Positions 9,212 through 18,915 of a DNA stretch of 64,000 bases are shown here, in pieces. Positions within the stretch are counted from its first letter, which is position 1, and every line of letters starts with the position of its first letter. Origin of the DNA: a virus (taxonomy: Duplodnaviria; Caudoviricetes); the IMG/VR virus record IMGVR_UViG_3300028888_000061, positions 74,362 to 138,361 of that record, one strand, 5' to 3'. Under the pieces are notes generated by a model. It had not been told where the DNA came from, made no database searches, and worked only from the letters and a program-made list of their open reading frames with translations. The translations under genes were made by a program, and so were the position numbers.

Positions 9212-9946
9212 CTACATCACGAAGTTTCCTTCAAGTGCTTTTGTGTCAACCGGCGCGGCAGGAACTGCAGGAGCAGATGCCTGTACGTTCGACATCTGAC
9301 CACCGTTTATGAATGAACGGTATTTGTCAATGTTAAACCTGACACCGACCGCATCAAACAACTCATTAACATGAGCACTCAGCGTATCAGACACCCATTT
9401 TTTAAACTCAGGAACCTGCTGATAGAGACATGCAGAAGAACCTGCCATGGATTCAAGACCACCGGCGAATTGTCCAGTCGTAGGTGTAAGAATCCAATCT
9501 CGTGTCATAATATCGCCGTTCGCAAAACTGTCTGCCATGCGTTTGTTGTACGTCTGGAAATGAACACTCCAAACGTAGATACGAAGGTTTTTCAGACTAA
9601 TATCGCTCACGATGGCACGAACAGGGTCAGCAAGACCTTCATACGACAAAACAGGGAACAGAATACGACGTGTGGTATCCACATCAGGATTACTTGACAT
9701 GTGTTTACAGCATTCACCCTGGTCGCACAAAATCGTACCGAACCCTTTGAGATAGTGCTGCTGATATCCAAGACCACCGTCAGTCAGGAAGGCAATACGT
9801 GTTTTACGTTGAGGGTCAAGTTTGAGCTTGTTAATGGAAAATTCGTCAATGACAGAACCTGCCGGGATATACGATGCAATCCCACCAAAACCGATGCTGT
9901 CTGAACTGAGAAGCGATTTGACATCTACCATAGTGTTTTCGGACAT
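9212..9946 (-). CDS. probable ssDNA-binding protein (gp32-like)
   Basis: HY...C-x4-CC putative Zn site, beta-rich core, flexible C-tail, replication context. Confidence 0.5.
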   Translation of the reverse strand: MSENTMVDVKSLLSSDSIGFGGIASYIPAGSVIDEFSINKLKLDPQRKTRIAFLTDGGLGYQQHYLKGFGTILCDQGECCKHMSSNPDVDTTRRILFPVLSYEGLADPVRAIVSDISLKNLRIYVWSVHFQTYNKRMADSFANGDIMTRDWILTPTTGQFAGGLESMAGSSACLYQQVPEFKKWVSDTLSAHVNELFDAVGVRFNIDKYRSFINGGQMSNVQASAPAVPAAPVDTKALEGNFVM

Positions 9947-10185
9947 TTCTTTTTCTCCAAGCGAAAGTTAAGTTTTGTGTACTTATACGTGAGTAACCAA
10001 ACAAAATCACGTACCCTGTCCAGAATACTGGAACTCGGACGACACCGTAGCAAAGACCCGTGTGCCTCGACGTTTCTATGCGCATTCTCGAAACGTCTCA
10101 GCGAACACAAGAGGGGTTATAACACAGATTTGAACAGATGTGAACAACAGCACCACGACAAATGCATTTTCTTTTCACACACGCA

Positions 10186-10617
10186 TCAGACACCCGTATG
10201 ACCGAATCCTCCTGAACCACGCTCCGTGGTTTTATCGACAGAAACCACCTGATGAAAATCCACGGTCTCATGCTTCATTACGACCATCTGTGCGATACGG
10301 TCTCCTATCGCAATGATAAACGGCTTCTGGCTCACATTGCACAGAATGACACCAACCTCACCCGTGTAATCAGAATCTACCGTTCCAGGGCTGTTTAAAA
10401 CAAACACACCGTGTTTTGCAGCAAGACCACTTCTGGAACGTATCTCGACATGATAACCTTTCGGAATGTCCATACGCAGTCCTGTACGAACGACACGAAA
10501 CTCATTTGGTAAAAGCATCACTGCCTCGGCAGAACACAAATCCGCACCTGCAGCTTCCTCTGTCGAATAAACCGGCAGCTTGGCTGTCCCAATCATTAAC
10601 TCAATTCCAATGTCCAT
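10186..10617 (-). CDS. dut: dUTPase (trimeric)
   Basis: AAGADL, RSRSGLA, GTVDSDYTGE, RIAQMV, RGSGGFGHTG. Confidence 0.97.
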   Translation of the reverse strand: MDIGIELMIGTAKLPVYSTEEAAGADLCSAEAVMLLPNEFRVVRTGLRMDIPKGYHVEIRSRSGLAAKHGVFVLNSPGTVDSDYTGEVGVILCNVSQKPFIIAIGDRIAQMVVMKHETVDFHQVVSVDKTTERGSGGFGHTGV

Positions 10618-10635
10618 GAAAATCTCCAAAAATGG

Positions 10636-10745
10636 AACACGTCCGTAAAGGGGTCTAATTTGCGTTCTGACGCATTTTTTACTTTAGACGTGTACTTACT
10701 AGGGTAAGGTCGTAACTTTTTAGTACAGGGCAAATTTGACCGCTC
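10636..10745. repeat. dispersed intergenic repeat, copy 1
   Basis: AACACGTCCRTAAAGGGGTCTAATTTGC and GTGTACTTACTAGGGT (10690-10705) shared with 11672-11772; core also at 29200-29215. Confidence 0.8.
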
Positions 10746-10758
10746 TGTGTTTGAAATG

Positions 10759-11499
10759 TCACAGGGTTATCTGACAGGGGATGGTCATCGTCTCTCTGAT
10801 ACGTTTTATCTGCGTCCACAAATTGCGTGCTTCCTGTTCGATTTCATCTTTTGTTCTGTCCTTGTTCCAGTCAAGGGTAATAACATGAGAGAACCGTGAC
10901 AGATTTGAAGTGAGCTCTCGGTACTCTGCGATAAGTCCTTCCATGTACTCACGCGGTATGCTGCTCTCGCACTTCCGTTTTTCTTTCTCGCTGATACGCT
11001 GTGCAAGACGGCGCATCGAAGTGTCCGGTGAAACATCCAGGTAAACAAAGCATTGCGGGTACATAATCTCCCGAGACATGTTGTGGAACAGCTCAAAGTA
11101 GCAGTCTGCTTCATCATGCGTCATATCGCCGGACTTTTCGAGTTTGCACACAAAAATCGAATCCGACCAGATAGAGCTGTCGGCGACAGAGTTTTCTCCG
11201 TTCATTGCCATCGACTGAGCAAGACGTGTCTGCTCCAAGCGTTTGTTCAAAAGGTAAATCTGAATCGTAAACGCCCATCTCGGAACGTCCTTGTAGTACA
11301 AAGCAAGGAATGGATTCTTTGACCCCTCATCGTCTTCGGTAGCAGGCTCAAACATTGTCCTGCATGGTTTCCCTGTATCTTCTGCAATCGCTTTGGCTAA
11401 AGCACGACAAAATGAGGTCTTGCCGGAAGCAATGCACCCGATGACAGGAATATGAACTCCTGATGGATAAACGGCGCAGCGAAAATTTGAAATGGTCAT
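10759..11499 (-). CDS. deoxynucleoside kinase
   Basis: GCIASGKT P-loop, FLALYYKDVPRWAFTIQIYLL, DSSIWSD, VYLDVSP. Confidence 0.9.
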   Translation of the reverse strand: MTISNFRCAVYPSGVHIPVIGCIASGKTSFCRALAKAIAEDTGKPCRTMFEPATEDDEGSKNPFLALYYKDVPRWAFTIQIYLLNKRLEQTRLAQSMAMNGENSVADSSIWSDSIFVCKLEKSGDMTHDEADCYFELFHNMSREIMYPQCFVYLDVSPDTSMRRLAQRISEKEKRKCESSIPREYMEGLIAEYRELTSNLSRFSHVITLDWNKDRTKDEIEQEARNLWTQIKRIRETMTIPCQITL

Positions 11500-11671
11500 T
11501 GGAATCTCCTTGCTTTGCAGTGAACAAAACAGCGAACAGTGTGTCCGCAACACTATGCCTGTCTGATACGAACAATGTGGTTTTAGCGTCAACAATAACA
11601 GGTGCATTCGTTCGACAAACACGATTAAGACAGAAAGTCATTTTCGTCAACAAAGAACAGCAAAAAACAAA

Positions 11672-11772
11672 ACACGTCCATAAAGGGGTCTAATTTGCCC
11701 TGTATGCGATTTTATGACACAGACGTGTACTTACTAGGGTATGTTCAAAATCGTCGTCAGAACGCAAATTTT
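11672..11772. repeat. dispersed intergenic repeat, copy 2
   Basis: Same leader and GTGTACTTACTAGGGT core (11725-11740) as copy 1. Confidence 0.8.
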
Positions 11773-11800
11773 GGCTGCCATGCTGCGAAGTTTAAGGTTT

Positions 11801-12232
11801 GGTGCGGGCAGAGGGTTAAAACCCCACCAAAGAATTCGAGGTGCATATCCACAGGGTGCGGGCAGAAGGTTAAAATCAAAGTAACGACCACAAACAGGAG
11901 CGAAACAAGGGTCACGACTACGTTCTTGATGACAGCATTGTTCAAACCATGACTATGTTTTTCCACAGGATAATTTTTCAGGATGCGATGCTAGAGCATA
12001 AGTTACGACTACGATCTTAACGACAGGATGCTGATGCTTACGCATGACATGACTTGACTACGTTCTTGATTACAGGTGAAGACTTTACAGGAATTCGAGC
12101 TTGAACGCTCTTTGACATGACTATGTTCTTTACTACAGGATGTGATGCTTACGCATGGCATGGCATGACTATGTTCTTTCAACAGGATGATTTCAGGATG
12201 TGATGCTAAAACATGACATGGCATGACTAAGA
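11801..12232. repeat. iteron-like direct repeat cluster
   Basis: GGTGCGGGCAGARGGTTAAAA x2; multiple GACTAYGTTYTT and CAGGATG..ATGCT units. Confidence 0.75.
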
Positions 12233-12311
12233 ACGTCACTTTAAGATTTTTGCAAACCTTCAAAAATACGTTCATCTCCTTGATTTTATTGACATTTTAA
12301 ATTTATTTCAC

Positions 12312-12450
12312 TTTGGCATGTTTTGTGCAATATATTATATAATCAAAGTTAATACAATCTAATCTTTCTCTCTTTCTCCTCACTTTCTATCGAAAGTGAT
12401 TATATTGGATTACTTTTGATTATATAATATATTGCACATAGTATGCCAAA
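12312..12450. other. AT-rich long imperfect palindrome, probable replication origin core
   Basis: ~53-bp arms (TGTGCAATATATTATATAATCAAA / TTTGATTATATAATATATTGCACA perfect core) at the point where gene direction and apparent strand composition switch. Confidence 0.65.
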
Positions 12451-12714
12451 ATTTAAAAAATTTTTAAAAGTGTTGAAATTGTTGAAGTTCAGACAGTTTT
12501 CAGAAAATTTTGAAAGCTGAAAAAGCTGAAGAAAAAGTGCGAATTTTGGTTGAGGACAAATTTTATGGAAGTTAATACGGCTGGCATGATTTTTGCTAGA
12601 AGACTTGTACGTAAGTACTCATCCACCTGTGAACTATGATTTTGGTTAAAGACCGATTCAGGCATATTCCTGTTTTGCTTTACTTTGAATGGAATTTGCT
12701 GTATCAGAAAATTT

Positions 12715-12810
12715 GTGTGGCTAGGGTAGCTACCGAAAAGACGTAAAGCCTAACGTCCGCCACACTCTCTTTTTAGAGATGACTCAGGCACGTATTTGAG
12801 GCTGAATACC
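12715..12810 (+). promoter_or_regulatory. structured leader RNA (related to tnpB leader)
   Basis: GTGTGGC/GCCACAC outer stem, GAAAAG, inner stem with AAGCCT loop, then AGGCACGTATTTGAGGCTGAATACC. Confidence 0.6.
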
Positions 12811-12826
12811 GTTAAAATTTCACGCC

Positions 12827-13690
12827 TTGAACTTTAACAGATGCGATTGGGAAACCCACCGCTTTCGTATTTCCTGTATGGAGTGTTTTATGTTCGAGAC
12901 TGCACGCACAGATACTTCCTGTGCATCAAAGACTTTGTTTTCGATGGCTGTAAAGATTTGTGGTATACAGACATTGATAACTGAGTTAGGTACTTTGGTA
13001 TCATCCAAGGACGTTGGAGCTTCCTGTGACGATAATGCTGATGAACTGTTTACCTCGGATGTTCAGTTTGTTGGAATCAAGCAGAGGCCATTGAATGAGT
13101 CTGTCTGTTCTGCATTACGGAGAGAATCCTGGTGTCTGTTGAATCATGTTCCAATTCCTCTGTCGCTTGAATTTTACAGAGACCTTCAAAGTGCTACTTT
13201 TGAGTTTGGTTCTTTTCTGAACGATACCAGGACTTCATCTGTTTCTTCTTGTCCCATTGGAAAATTTCGTTCGTCGAAGTTGTTTTTCTCTCTTGACCTT
13301 TATCGTGATTTTGCCATTTCTCGTTCCGCTTCTGAGAATGGCGACTGTCGCCTTTATCTGTCGATTTCCAACATCTTGTCCCAATGGGATACCTCAATTT
13401 TTGAAACGCTTCTTAATGAATCGGATGTCACCTCGATATCTTACGCGCTCTCGCAGCTTGTCGGTAAAAAAGAATCTGCTTTAGAACTCAGTAATGGAAC
13501 GCAGAAGGCTCTTTATCGTTACGTGCTCGCTTTCCGCTCGGCTTTACCTGATAGTTATCTCCGCCTGTTCTCTTACCGGTCAAAGTACGTTGCGTTCTAT
13601 CCGTACAAAACTTTAAAGCTCCTTGGATTTCCTCCTGTTGTTGAATTTGAAGGGATGATTAAGAATAACTTACTTGGTATTGTGGAGTAA
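12827..13690 (+). CDS. hypothetical protein adjacent to origin
   Basis: 287-aa ORF; start uncertain. Confidence 0.6.
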   Translation: MNFNRCDWETHRFRISCMECFMFETARTDTSCASKTLFSMAVKICGIQTLITELGTLVSSKDVGASCDDNADELFTSDVQFVGIKQRPLNESVCSALRRESWCLLNHVPIPLSLEFYRDLQSATFEFGSFLNDTRTSSVSSCPIGKFRSSKLFFSLDLYRDFAISRSASENGDCRLYLSISNILSQWDTSIFETLLNESDVTSISYALSQLVGKKESALELSNGTQKALYRYVLAFRSALPDSYLRLFSYRSKYVAFYPYKTLKLLGFPPVVEFEGMIKNNLLGIVE

Positions 13691-13798
13691 GAAGGATTTT
13701 GTTTGGCTTGTGGCATTTGCTTTTATCAGACTGATGGTATGGGTTTTTGCCCAATCAAAGTTGTGAGCAGGAAACCCCCACGTTTGGAGAATTTGAGT

Positions 13799-15328
13799 AT
13801 GGCAAAACGTAAAACGAAGAGTGATGAAATTGTGAGTACGGTTGCATTGGAAACCCCTGTGGAGAACATGGAAACCTCTGTGGAAACCCCTGTAAGGAAA
13901 TCGAAAAAGGTTAAGACCGAGAAAACGGAGAAGACCGAGAAGACCGAGAAGACAGAGAAGACAGAGAAGACGGCATGTCAGTCATCTGATGTGGAGTCTT
14001 TATCTCTTGTTGCTGATTCAGAAGTTCAGGCAACTGAACCTCAGGAGTCATTGCATGACGCTACGGAAACCGCAACCGAGGAACCTGAACCTTTCCGTAT
14101 TGCTGCTGTTCCCGGTAAACCGCAAGAGTCTAACGATGATGATTCTGTGATACAGCTTGTACCAGATACGGATGCTCAAACACAAGCAGAGGCGGATGCT
14201 GAGCAGGAACCTTTCCGTGTGGTTGATGTTCCGCCAAACAGCATATCGTCGGATGATTACGATGCACGTCAGAGCATTAGCGTACCTGTTACGGAGAAAC
14301 GTAAGGATGAGGGTTATCTTCGGTTAAACAAACCGAAACTCGGTATGCTTATGGTTAAACCAGAACTTGAGGATTCTGTCGAAAGCAATGATGTTTCCTT
14401 AGTCGGTGAGTCTGATGAGAATGATTCCGATGAAAATCAGCCTGATGCAGAGGATGCTGCACAGCAGGATATGGATGATTTCTTTGTCGTTCACAGGCAT
14501 GTGTCTGCTGATGATGTTCCGCAGGATTGTGCTGATTCGGGTGAACCTGATGAAATGATTCCTGATGAACCTGATGAACCTGATGAACTGGATGATTTTA
14601 CTGATGAGCCGAGTGATTATTTGGATGACGATGACGTGGAGGATGAACCTTGTGACCAGGATAATTCCTCTTATCCATCGTGTCTTGAACCACCTGCCTG
14701 TCCTGTGTTTGTTTGTAAGGGTGTTTTTGACTTACCGTTCGTCAAAAAATCTTCGTCAGACAAGTGTTATCTTGTACCTGATGGAAAGAATGAAAAGTTG
14801 CGTTTCGAGCGTTCTTACACGGTGAAGAAATCACGTCCTTACAGACGTGATTTGAACTATGAGCTTGAGGATACGTGTATCGCTGATATGCCTTATTACT
14901 GCTTCGACGGTCACGTTGTAGGCATGGCTCACGAGTTCGACCCACTGTCCGGGATGTACATGAATGAGGTTTACACGACACGCGGTGTGTATTCTTTCAG
15001 AACGTGTTCAGAATTACCTGAGCGTTCAGGTTCGTATGATGACTTTTTTCAGACGATTTTGAACACCCTCATTCTCTACGATGCAGAGTTTACTCCGTTA
15101 TGTGATTTGTCTGGGTATGACTGTACTTCTGTGGACAGTGAATGCGATGACATTTCCGTTGTGTGTATGGGTGTGCTTGAGGTGTGTGGTGTTCGTTATG
15201 GTATGCGTTCCGACTGCACAGTTGATTTTGAAAGCGTGATTAGAGCTTTGTGGGAAATCATAAATACAGATGACTCCGATGAAGACCTTGGATTTTATCG
15301 TGCGTATTTTAAACTTTTAGGAGACTGA
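13799..15328 (+). CDS. acidic low-complexity protein with Cys-rich C-terminal domain
   Basis: GGAG SD before MAKRKTK; KTE and PDE repeats. Confidence 0.75.
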   Translation: MAKRKTKSDEIVSTVALETPVENMETSVETPVRKSKKVKTEKTEKTEKTEKTEKTEKTACQSSDVESLSLVADSEVQATEPQESLHDATETATEEPEPFRIAAVPGKPQESNDDDSVIQLVPDTDAQTQAEADAEQEPFRVVDVPPNSISSDDYDARQSISVPVTEKRKDEGYLRLNKPKLGMLMVKPELEDSVESNDVSLVGESDENDSDENQPDAEDAAQQDMDDFFVVHRHVSADDVPQDCADSGEPDEMIPDEPDEPDELDDFTDEPSDYLDDDDVEDEPCDQDNSSYPSCLEPPACPVFVCKGVFDLPFVKKSSSDKCYLVPDGKNEKLRFERSYTVKKSRPYRRDLNYELEDTCIADMPYYCFDGHVVGMAHEFDPLSGMYMNEVYTTRGVYSFRTCSELPERSGSYDDFFQTILNTLILYDAEFTPLCDLSGYDCTSVDSECDDISVVCMGVLEVCGVRYGMRSDCTVDFESVIRALWEIINTDDSDEDLGFYRAYFKLLGD

Positions 15329-15329
15329 G

Positions 15330-15563
15330 ATGAAAAAAGATAACGTGTTTTCCTATGTGTATGAGAATACCGACTTGTCTGTGTTCCATGAGTATCCGAA
15401 TAATGTGTCCATCGTGTGTTCTGACGGTAGTGTTCAGAACATTGTGAACATGCACTCAAAGTCTCTTGGCGAGGTGATTACTAATGTGAACGCTCAAGAC
15501 ATTACGTTTTTTGAGTTTGACCGAGAGGGTGTTCAGACGGTAGTTGTGCTTCCTGATAACTGA
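15330..15563 (+). CDS. hypothetical protein
   Basis: AGGAG SD; 77 aa. Confidence 0.65.
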   Translation: MKKDNVFSYVYENTDLSVFHEYPNNVSIVCSDGSVQNIVNMHSKSLGEVITNVNAQDITFFEFDREGVQTVVVLPDN

Positions 15564-15676
15564 CTTTCGTGGTGCTGTGTGTTCTGGTTACTTTAGTTTT
15601 GTGTTAAAAGGCATGATGCGGTAAAGGTGTCATGCCTTTGTTTTTACTGTCCCATTTACTTTTGTTCGGAGAAGTT

Positions 15677-16972
15677 ATGCCAAGAGTGTCTGCAAAAAGT
15701 ACGGTAAAGAAGAGTTCATCACGTGGTGCGAAGAAGGAAACGTCATCTGCTGCGGTTGAAAAGAGAACCCGTAAATCCAGTAAACCAAGCAAACAAGTCG
15801 CAAAGGAAGTTGTAAATGACACAGAAGAAATCATTGAGGAGACTCTTACAGAAATAACAGAAGACGGTGAGCAGGTTTCGGTTCGTGTAACGAATGATTC
15901 CAATGCCGGTAAGGATGTTCAGATTGAGGATTCTGAGTGGAATGAGGATAATCAGAGAGACTTGGAAGCCTTTAACGCTATGCCAGAGGCACGCAGGAAG
16001 TACTATGACAATTTGACGGCTGCGGTGCTTCGAGACCGTAAGTATATCAAGTCTGGCAGTTTCGTTCTCGACGCAATCCTGTCTGATGGTCAAGGAATTC
16101 CTACAGGAACGTTCATTGAGCTGACTGCACCGTATGCCGTCGGCAAATCAAGTCTTCTTTTGTTCATGTGTAAGAATCTTTGTGACCAAGGATATCGTTG
16201 TGCTTACATCGACACAGAGCGTGGACTGAACGACAAACAGATTGCGAGTTTTGGGCTTACGAATCATACCAAGTCTCGTATGTTCCTGCCGATGACTATC
16301 GACACGTTTGAAGAAATTGACGAGTTCTTATGCAATGCTTTGACTGATGATACGTTGAAATTTATCGTTGTCGATTCTTTAACGGCTGCTTCTGCGTCCG
16401 ATATGATTGAGAAGGAAACTGGTCAGAATCAGACATTGGCTATCCATGCACGTACAATTTCTGCGTTCTTGCGACGGTTTAGGTCTAAGTTCGGCACATC
16501 CGACAAGACTATTTTCTTTGTGGCACAAAACCGAAAGCAGTTTACTCAGTACGGTGCACAGGACGGTGCAGCCGGTGGCGAGGCACAAAAGCATTACATG
16601 GACATCACTATCCGGATGAAATTAAAGGACAAGCTGACCAGAAAAATAAAAGGCTCTACCGAGAAGCAGCAGTATGGAACGATATGCACGATTATGTGTG
16701 ACCCAAAGAACCGTTTCTGCAGTCCACGTATTCCGATGAGCATCGCTATCGTGTGGGGCAAGGGTGTTTCAAATGCAGCCGCTCTTTATGACGCTTTAGT
16801 GAGTCAGGGAAAAATCACGCAGAAAGGTTCTTTTTATGTGATTGAGGGCGTCGATGGACGTGAAGAGCAGTTTCGTGGTCAGGACGCCGTCACGTTCTAT
16901 ATCTCACAGCATTCGGATTATTATTTAAGGCTTGTTGAACGTCTTGGTGGTATCCGGCTACCAAAGGTGTAA
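15677..16972 (+). CDS. recA: RecA/UvsX recombinase with long N-terminal extension
   Basis: SGSFVLDAIL..GIPTG, APYAVGKSS Walker A, YIDTE, IVVDSL, QNR, GGEA motifs. Confidence 0.9.
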   Translation: MPRVSAKSTVKKSSSRGAKKETSSAAVEKRTRKSSKPSKQVAKEVVNDTEEIIEETLTEITEDGEQVSVRVTNDSNAGKDVQIEDSEWNEDNQRDLEAFNAMPEARRKYYDNLTAAVLRDRKYIKSGSFVLDAILSDGQGIPTGTFIELTAPYAVGKSSLLLFMCKNLCDQGYRCAYIDTERGLNDKQIASFGLTNHTKSRMFLPMTIDTFEEIDEFLCNALTDDTLKFIVVDSLTAASASDMIEKETGQNQTLAIHARTISAFLRRFRSKFGTSDKTIFFVAQNRKQFTQYGAQDGAAGGEAQKHYMDITIRMKLKDKLTRKIKGSTEKQQYGTICTIMCDPKNRFCSPRIPMSIAIVWGKGVSNAAALYDALVSQGKITQKGSFYVIEGVDGREEQFRGQDAVTFYISQHSDYYLRLVERLGGIRLPKV

Positions 16973-16987
16973 TTAACGTATCAGTCA

Positions 16988-17019
16988 GAATCCCATCGTT
17001 TCGTCACGGTGGGATTTTT
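16988..17019 (+). terminator. intrinsic terminator after recA
   Basis: AATCCCATCGT...ACGGTGGGATT followed by T-run. Confidence 0.7.
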
Positions 17020-17091
17020 CGTTTATCAAAGGAGTGTATTGTCGCTGTGCATGGTGCACTTCTTTTTTAACTTTGTTCATTGAGTTGGACG

Positions 17092-17742
17092 ATGGCTGAG
17101 AATTTGTCTGCTTCTGTTGTGTCTTCATCTGTTTCTTTACCGCTTTCAAAAACATGCCTCTATATGGCTCATGCTTTTATGTCAGGAAGGCCACACCCTG
17201 TTTCTTACGTGAAATCTGCGATAGATACAGGTTCCGTGAGTATCGACACAGAGACCTCCGATGTGTGTATGGAGAAAGCCAGGTTATGCCTGAATGACCT
17301 TGATGCTTTAATTTCACGTCTGTCGAAAGATGGAAATGCGGAACGATTGCTGACACGCTTAGTTGAGATGGCTAAGTTTGTTGGAACAGAACACGCAGTA
17401 CGAGAGTCTGATTTGGGTGTTCTTGCTTTTATGTTTCGTCAGCATTTTGGTTGTCGGAAAAAAGACAGGAGACCAAAAACCCAGTGTTATGAATTCGCCC
17501 CGTATGGTAAAGTTTCCGTTGTTCCGTCTCAGGTTTCATTTATGGCTGATGGCGTAGATGTTTACGGTAAGTACTTCAGACTGTATTCTGTTACTGATGA
17601 AGACGCAAAGGTACTTTACGTGGTACGGTCGGATGAATGGATTGATGACTTTCTTGAAGCCGATGTGCTGACATTAAATGTCGAAAAGCGTGAGACCCGA
17701 AAGGGTGTCAATCAGTCTTTATGCAGTCTTGTGATAAAGTAA
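17092..17742 (+). CDS. hypothetical protein
   Basis: ~216-aa ORF with beta-rich C-terminus. Confidence 0.65.
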   Translation: MAENLSASVVSSSVSLPLSKTCLYMAHAFMSGRPHPVSYVKSAIDTGSVSIDTETSDVCMEKARLCLNDLDALISRLSKDGNAERLLTRLVEMAKFVGTEHAVRESDLGVLAFMFRQHFGCRKKDRRPKTQCYEFAPYGKVSVVPSQVSFMADGVDVYGKYFRLYSVTDEDAKVLYVVRSDEWIDDFLEADVLTLNVEKRETRKGVNQSLCSLVIK

Positions 17743-17757
17743 TTCAGGAGGTGTACT

Positions 17758-18858
17758 GTGCAGCAGTTTGAAAATGAGGAGTTTTACGTCGAGGTTTATG
17801 ACAGATACAGCGAAAAGCCTTTGTTTGACGCAGCGTGCATTGTGTTCAGTCTGGGGCGTAAGATGCTTGATTGGGCTTTAGCTCGTGTGCCCAATGAGGA
17901 GAAAGTCCTTTCAGAGCATCCATGTGGACGTAACTATTTGACGCTTGGTGGCGTTAGGACTTTGTGCAAGAAATCGAATTCGAAGAAAAGTCGCCGGTTT
18001 CGTGATTGGTTTGAGAATGTTGTCGTAAGCAGTGTGTTTCCGCAGGATGTTGTTGATGCAGCAGACTTGTTTGTCAGTGAAAATGATTTGTCCACTTCTG
18101 ACGATTCGTCATGTAAGGCACAGAAAAAGTCTGTTGAAGTGTTTGATGAGCAAAACGACGTTGCGACGCAATTACAGTCTTCAAACACGTGTCAAGAAAC
18201 AGAAGCCTCGAATAATCTCGTTAAGTGTTTCGACAATGGTGTTTTCAGTGTTCGTACTGTTATGCGTGACGGTGAAACGTGGTTTGTTGCAAGTGATGTG
18301 TGTAAGTGTCTTGGACTGGCACAGGTAAGTCGTGCATGTGACAGGCTGGATGAGGACGAGAGAGTCTTACTAAAAGTAACCCACCCCCAGAACCCTGAAA
18401 AAGAGTTGGATGTGTGTGGTGTTTCTGAATCTGGTCTCTATGCTCTGATTTTGCGCTCAAATAAACCAGAGGCAAAGCCATTTCGTAAGTGGGTGACTTC
18501 GGAAGTTCTGCCTACCATACGAAAAACCGGCATGTACGTTCCGCAGCATGTTATGGACAGGATAGCGGTGCTTGAACAGATGGTTCTTGAAATTCGTGAT
18601 GTATTACCGGTTCAGAATCAGCAGTCATCGTTTAGAACTGCACGTGATGTTTGTGAAGAACTTGGTCTTGATGTTGTTGACACGACGTTCAAGTTTATTG
18701 TGTCGTCTTACATGAAGAATCTTTGTGATCAGCATCCAGAGCGTGAGACATACAGTCGTGGGTTTAACGGGATACGGGTTTTTCCTTCCTGGGTAACTGA
18801 CGAGTTTATATCTATGTATCGAACCAATCCAAAGATACTTGACCCTTATCTTCCGTGA
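17758..18858 (+). CDS. BRO-N domain (antirepressor-like) protein
   Basis: VRTVMRDGETWFVASDVCKCLG...VSESGLYALILRSNKPEAKPFRKWVTSEVLPTIRKTG; second degenerate BRO-like domain at the N-terminus. Confidence 0.9.
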   Translation: MQQFENEEFYVEVYDRYSEKPLFDAACIVFSLGRKMLDWALARVPNEEKVLSEHPCGRNYLTLGGVRTLCKKSNSKKSRRFRDWFENVVVSSVFPQDVVDAADLFVSENDLSTSDDSSCKAQKKSVEVFDEQNDVATQLQSSNTCQETEASNNLVKCFDNGVFSVRTVMRDGETWFVASDVCKCLGLAQVSRACDRLDEDERVLLKVTHPQNPEKELDVCGVSESGLYALILRSNKPEAKPFRKWVTSEVLPTIRKTGMYVPQHVMDRIAVLEQMVLEIRDVLPVQNQQSSFRTARDVCEELGLDVVDTTFKFIVSSYMKNLCDQHPERETYSRGFNGIRVFPSWVTDEFISMYRTNPKILDPYLP

Positions 18859-18869
18859 CATGATGCGTG

Positions 18870-18878
18870 CAATCTAAA
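18870..18878 (+). promoter_or_regulatory. candidate late-promoter motif CAATCTAAA
   Basis: Same 9-mer upstream of portal, 33041 and 59661 genes. Confidence 0.4.
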
Positions 18879-18915
18879 CTTATTAGTTTGCGTTTCGTAG
18901 CATTGGAGGTTTTTC

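Noticed and set aside
11900-12240. CRISPR array
   Set aside because: Repeat units are irregular and modular with no unique constant-length spacers; no cas genes
16988-17019. IS605-type end after recA
   Set aside because: Adequately explained as an intrinsic terminator; no partner end or transposase nearby
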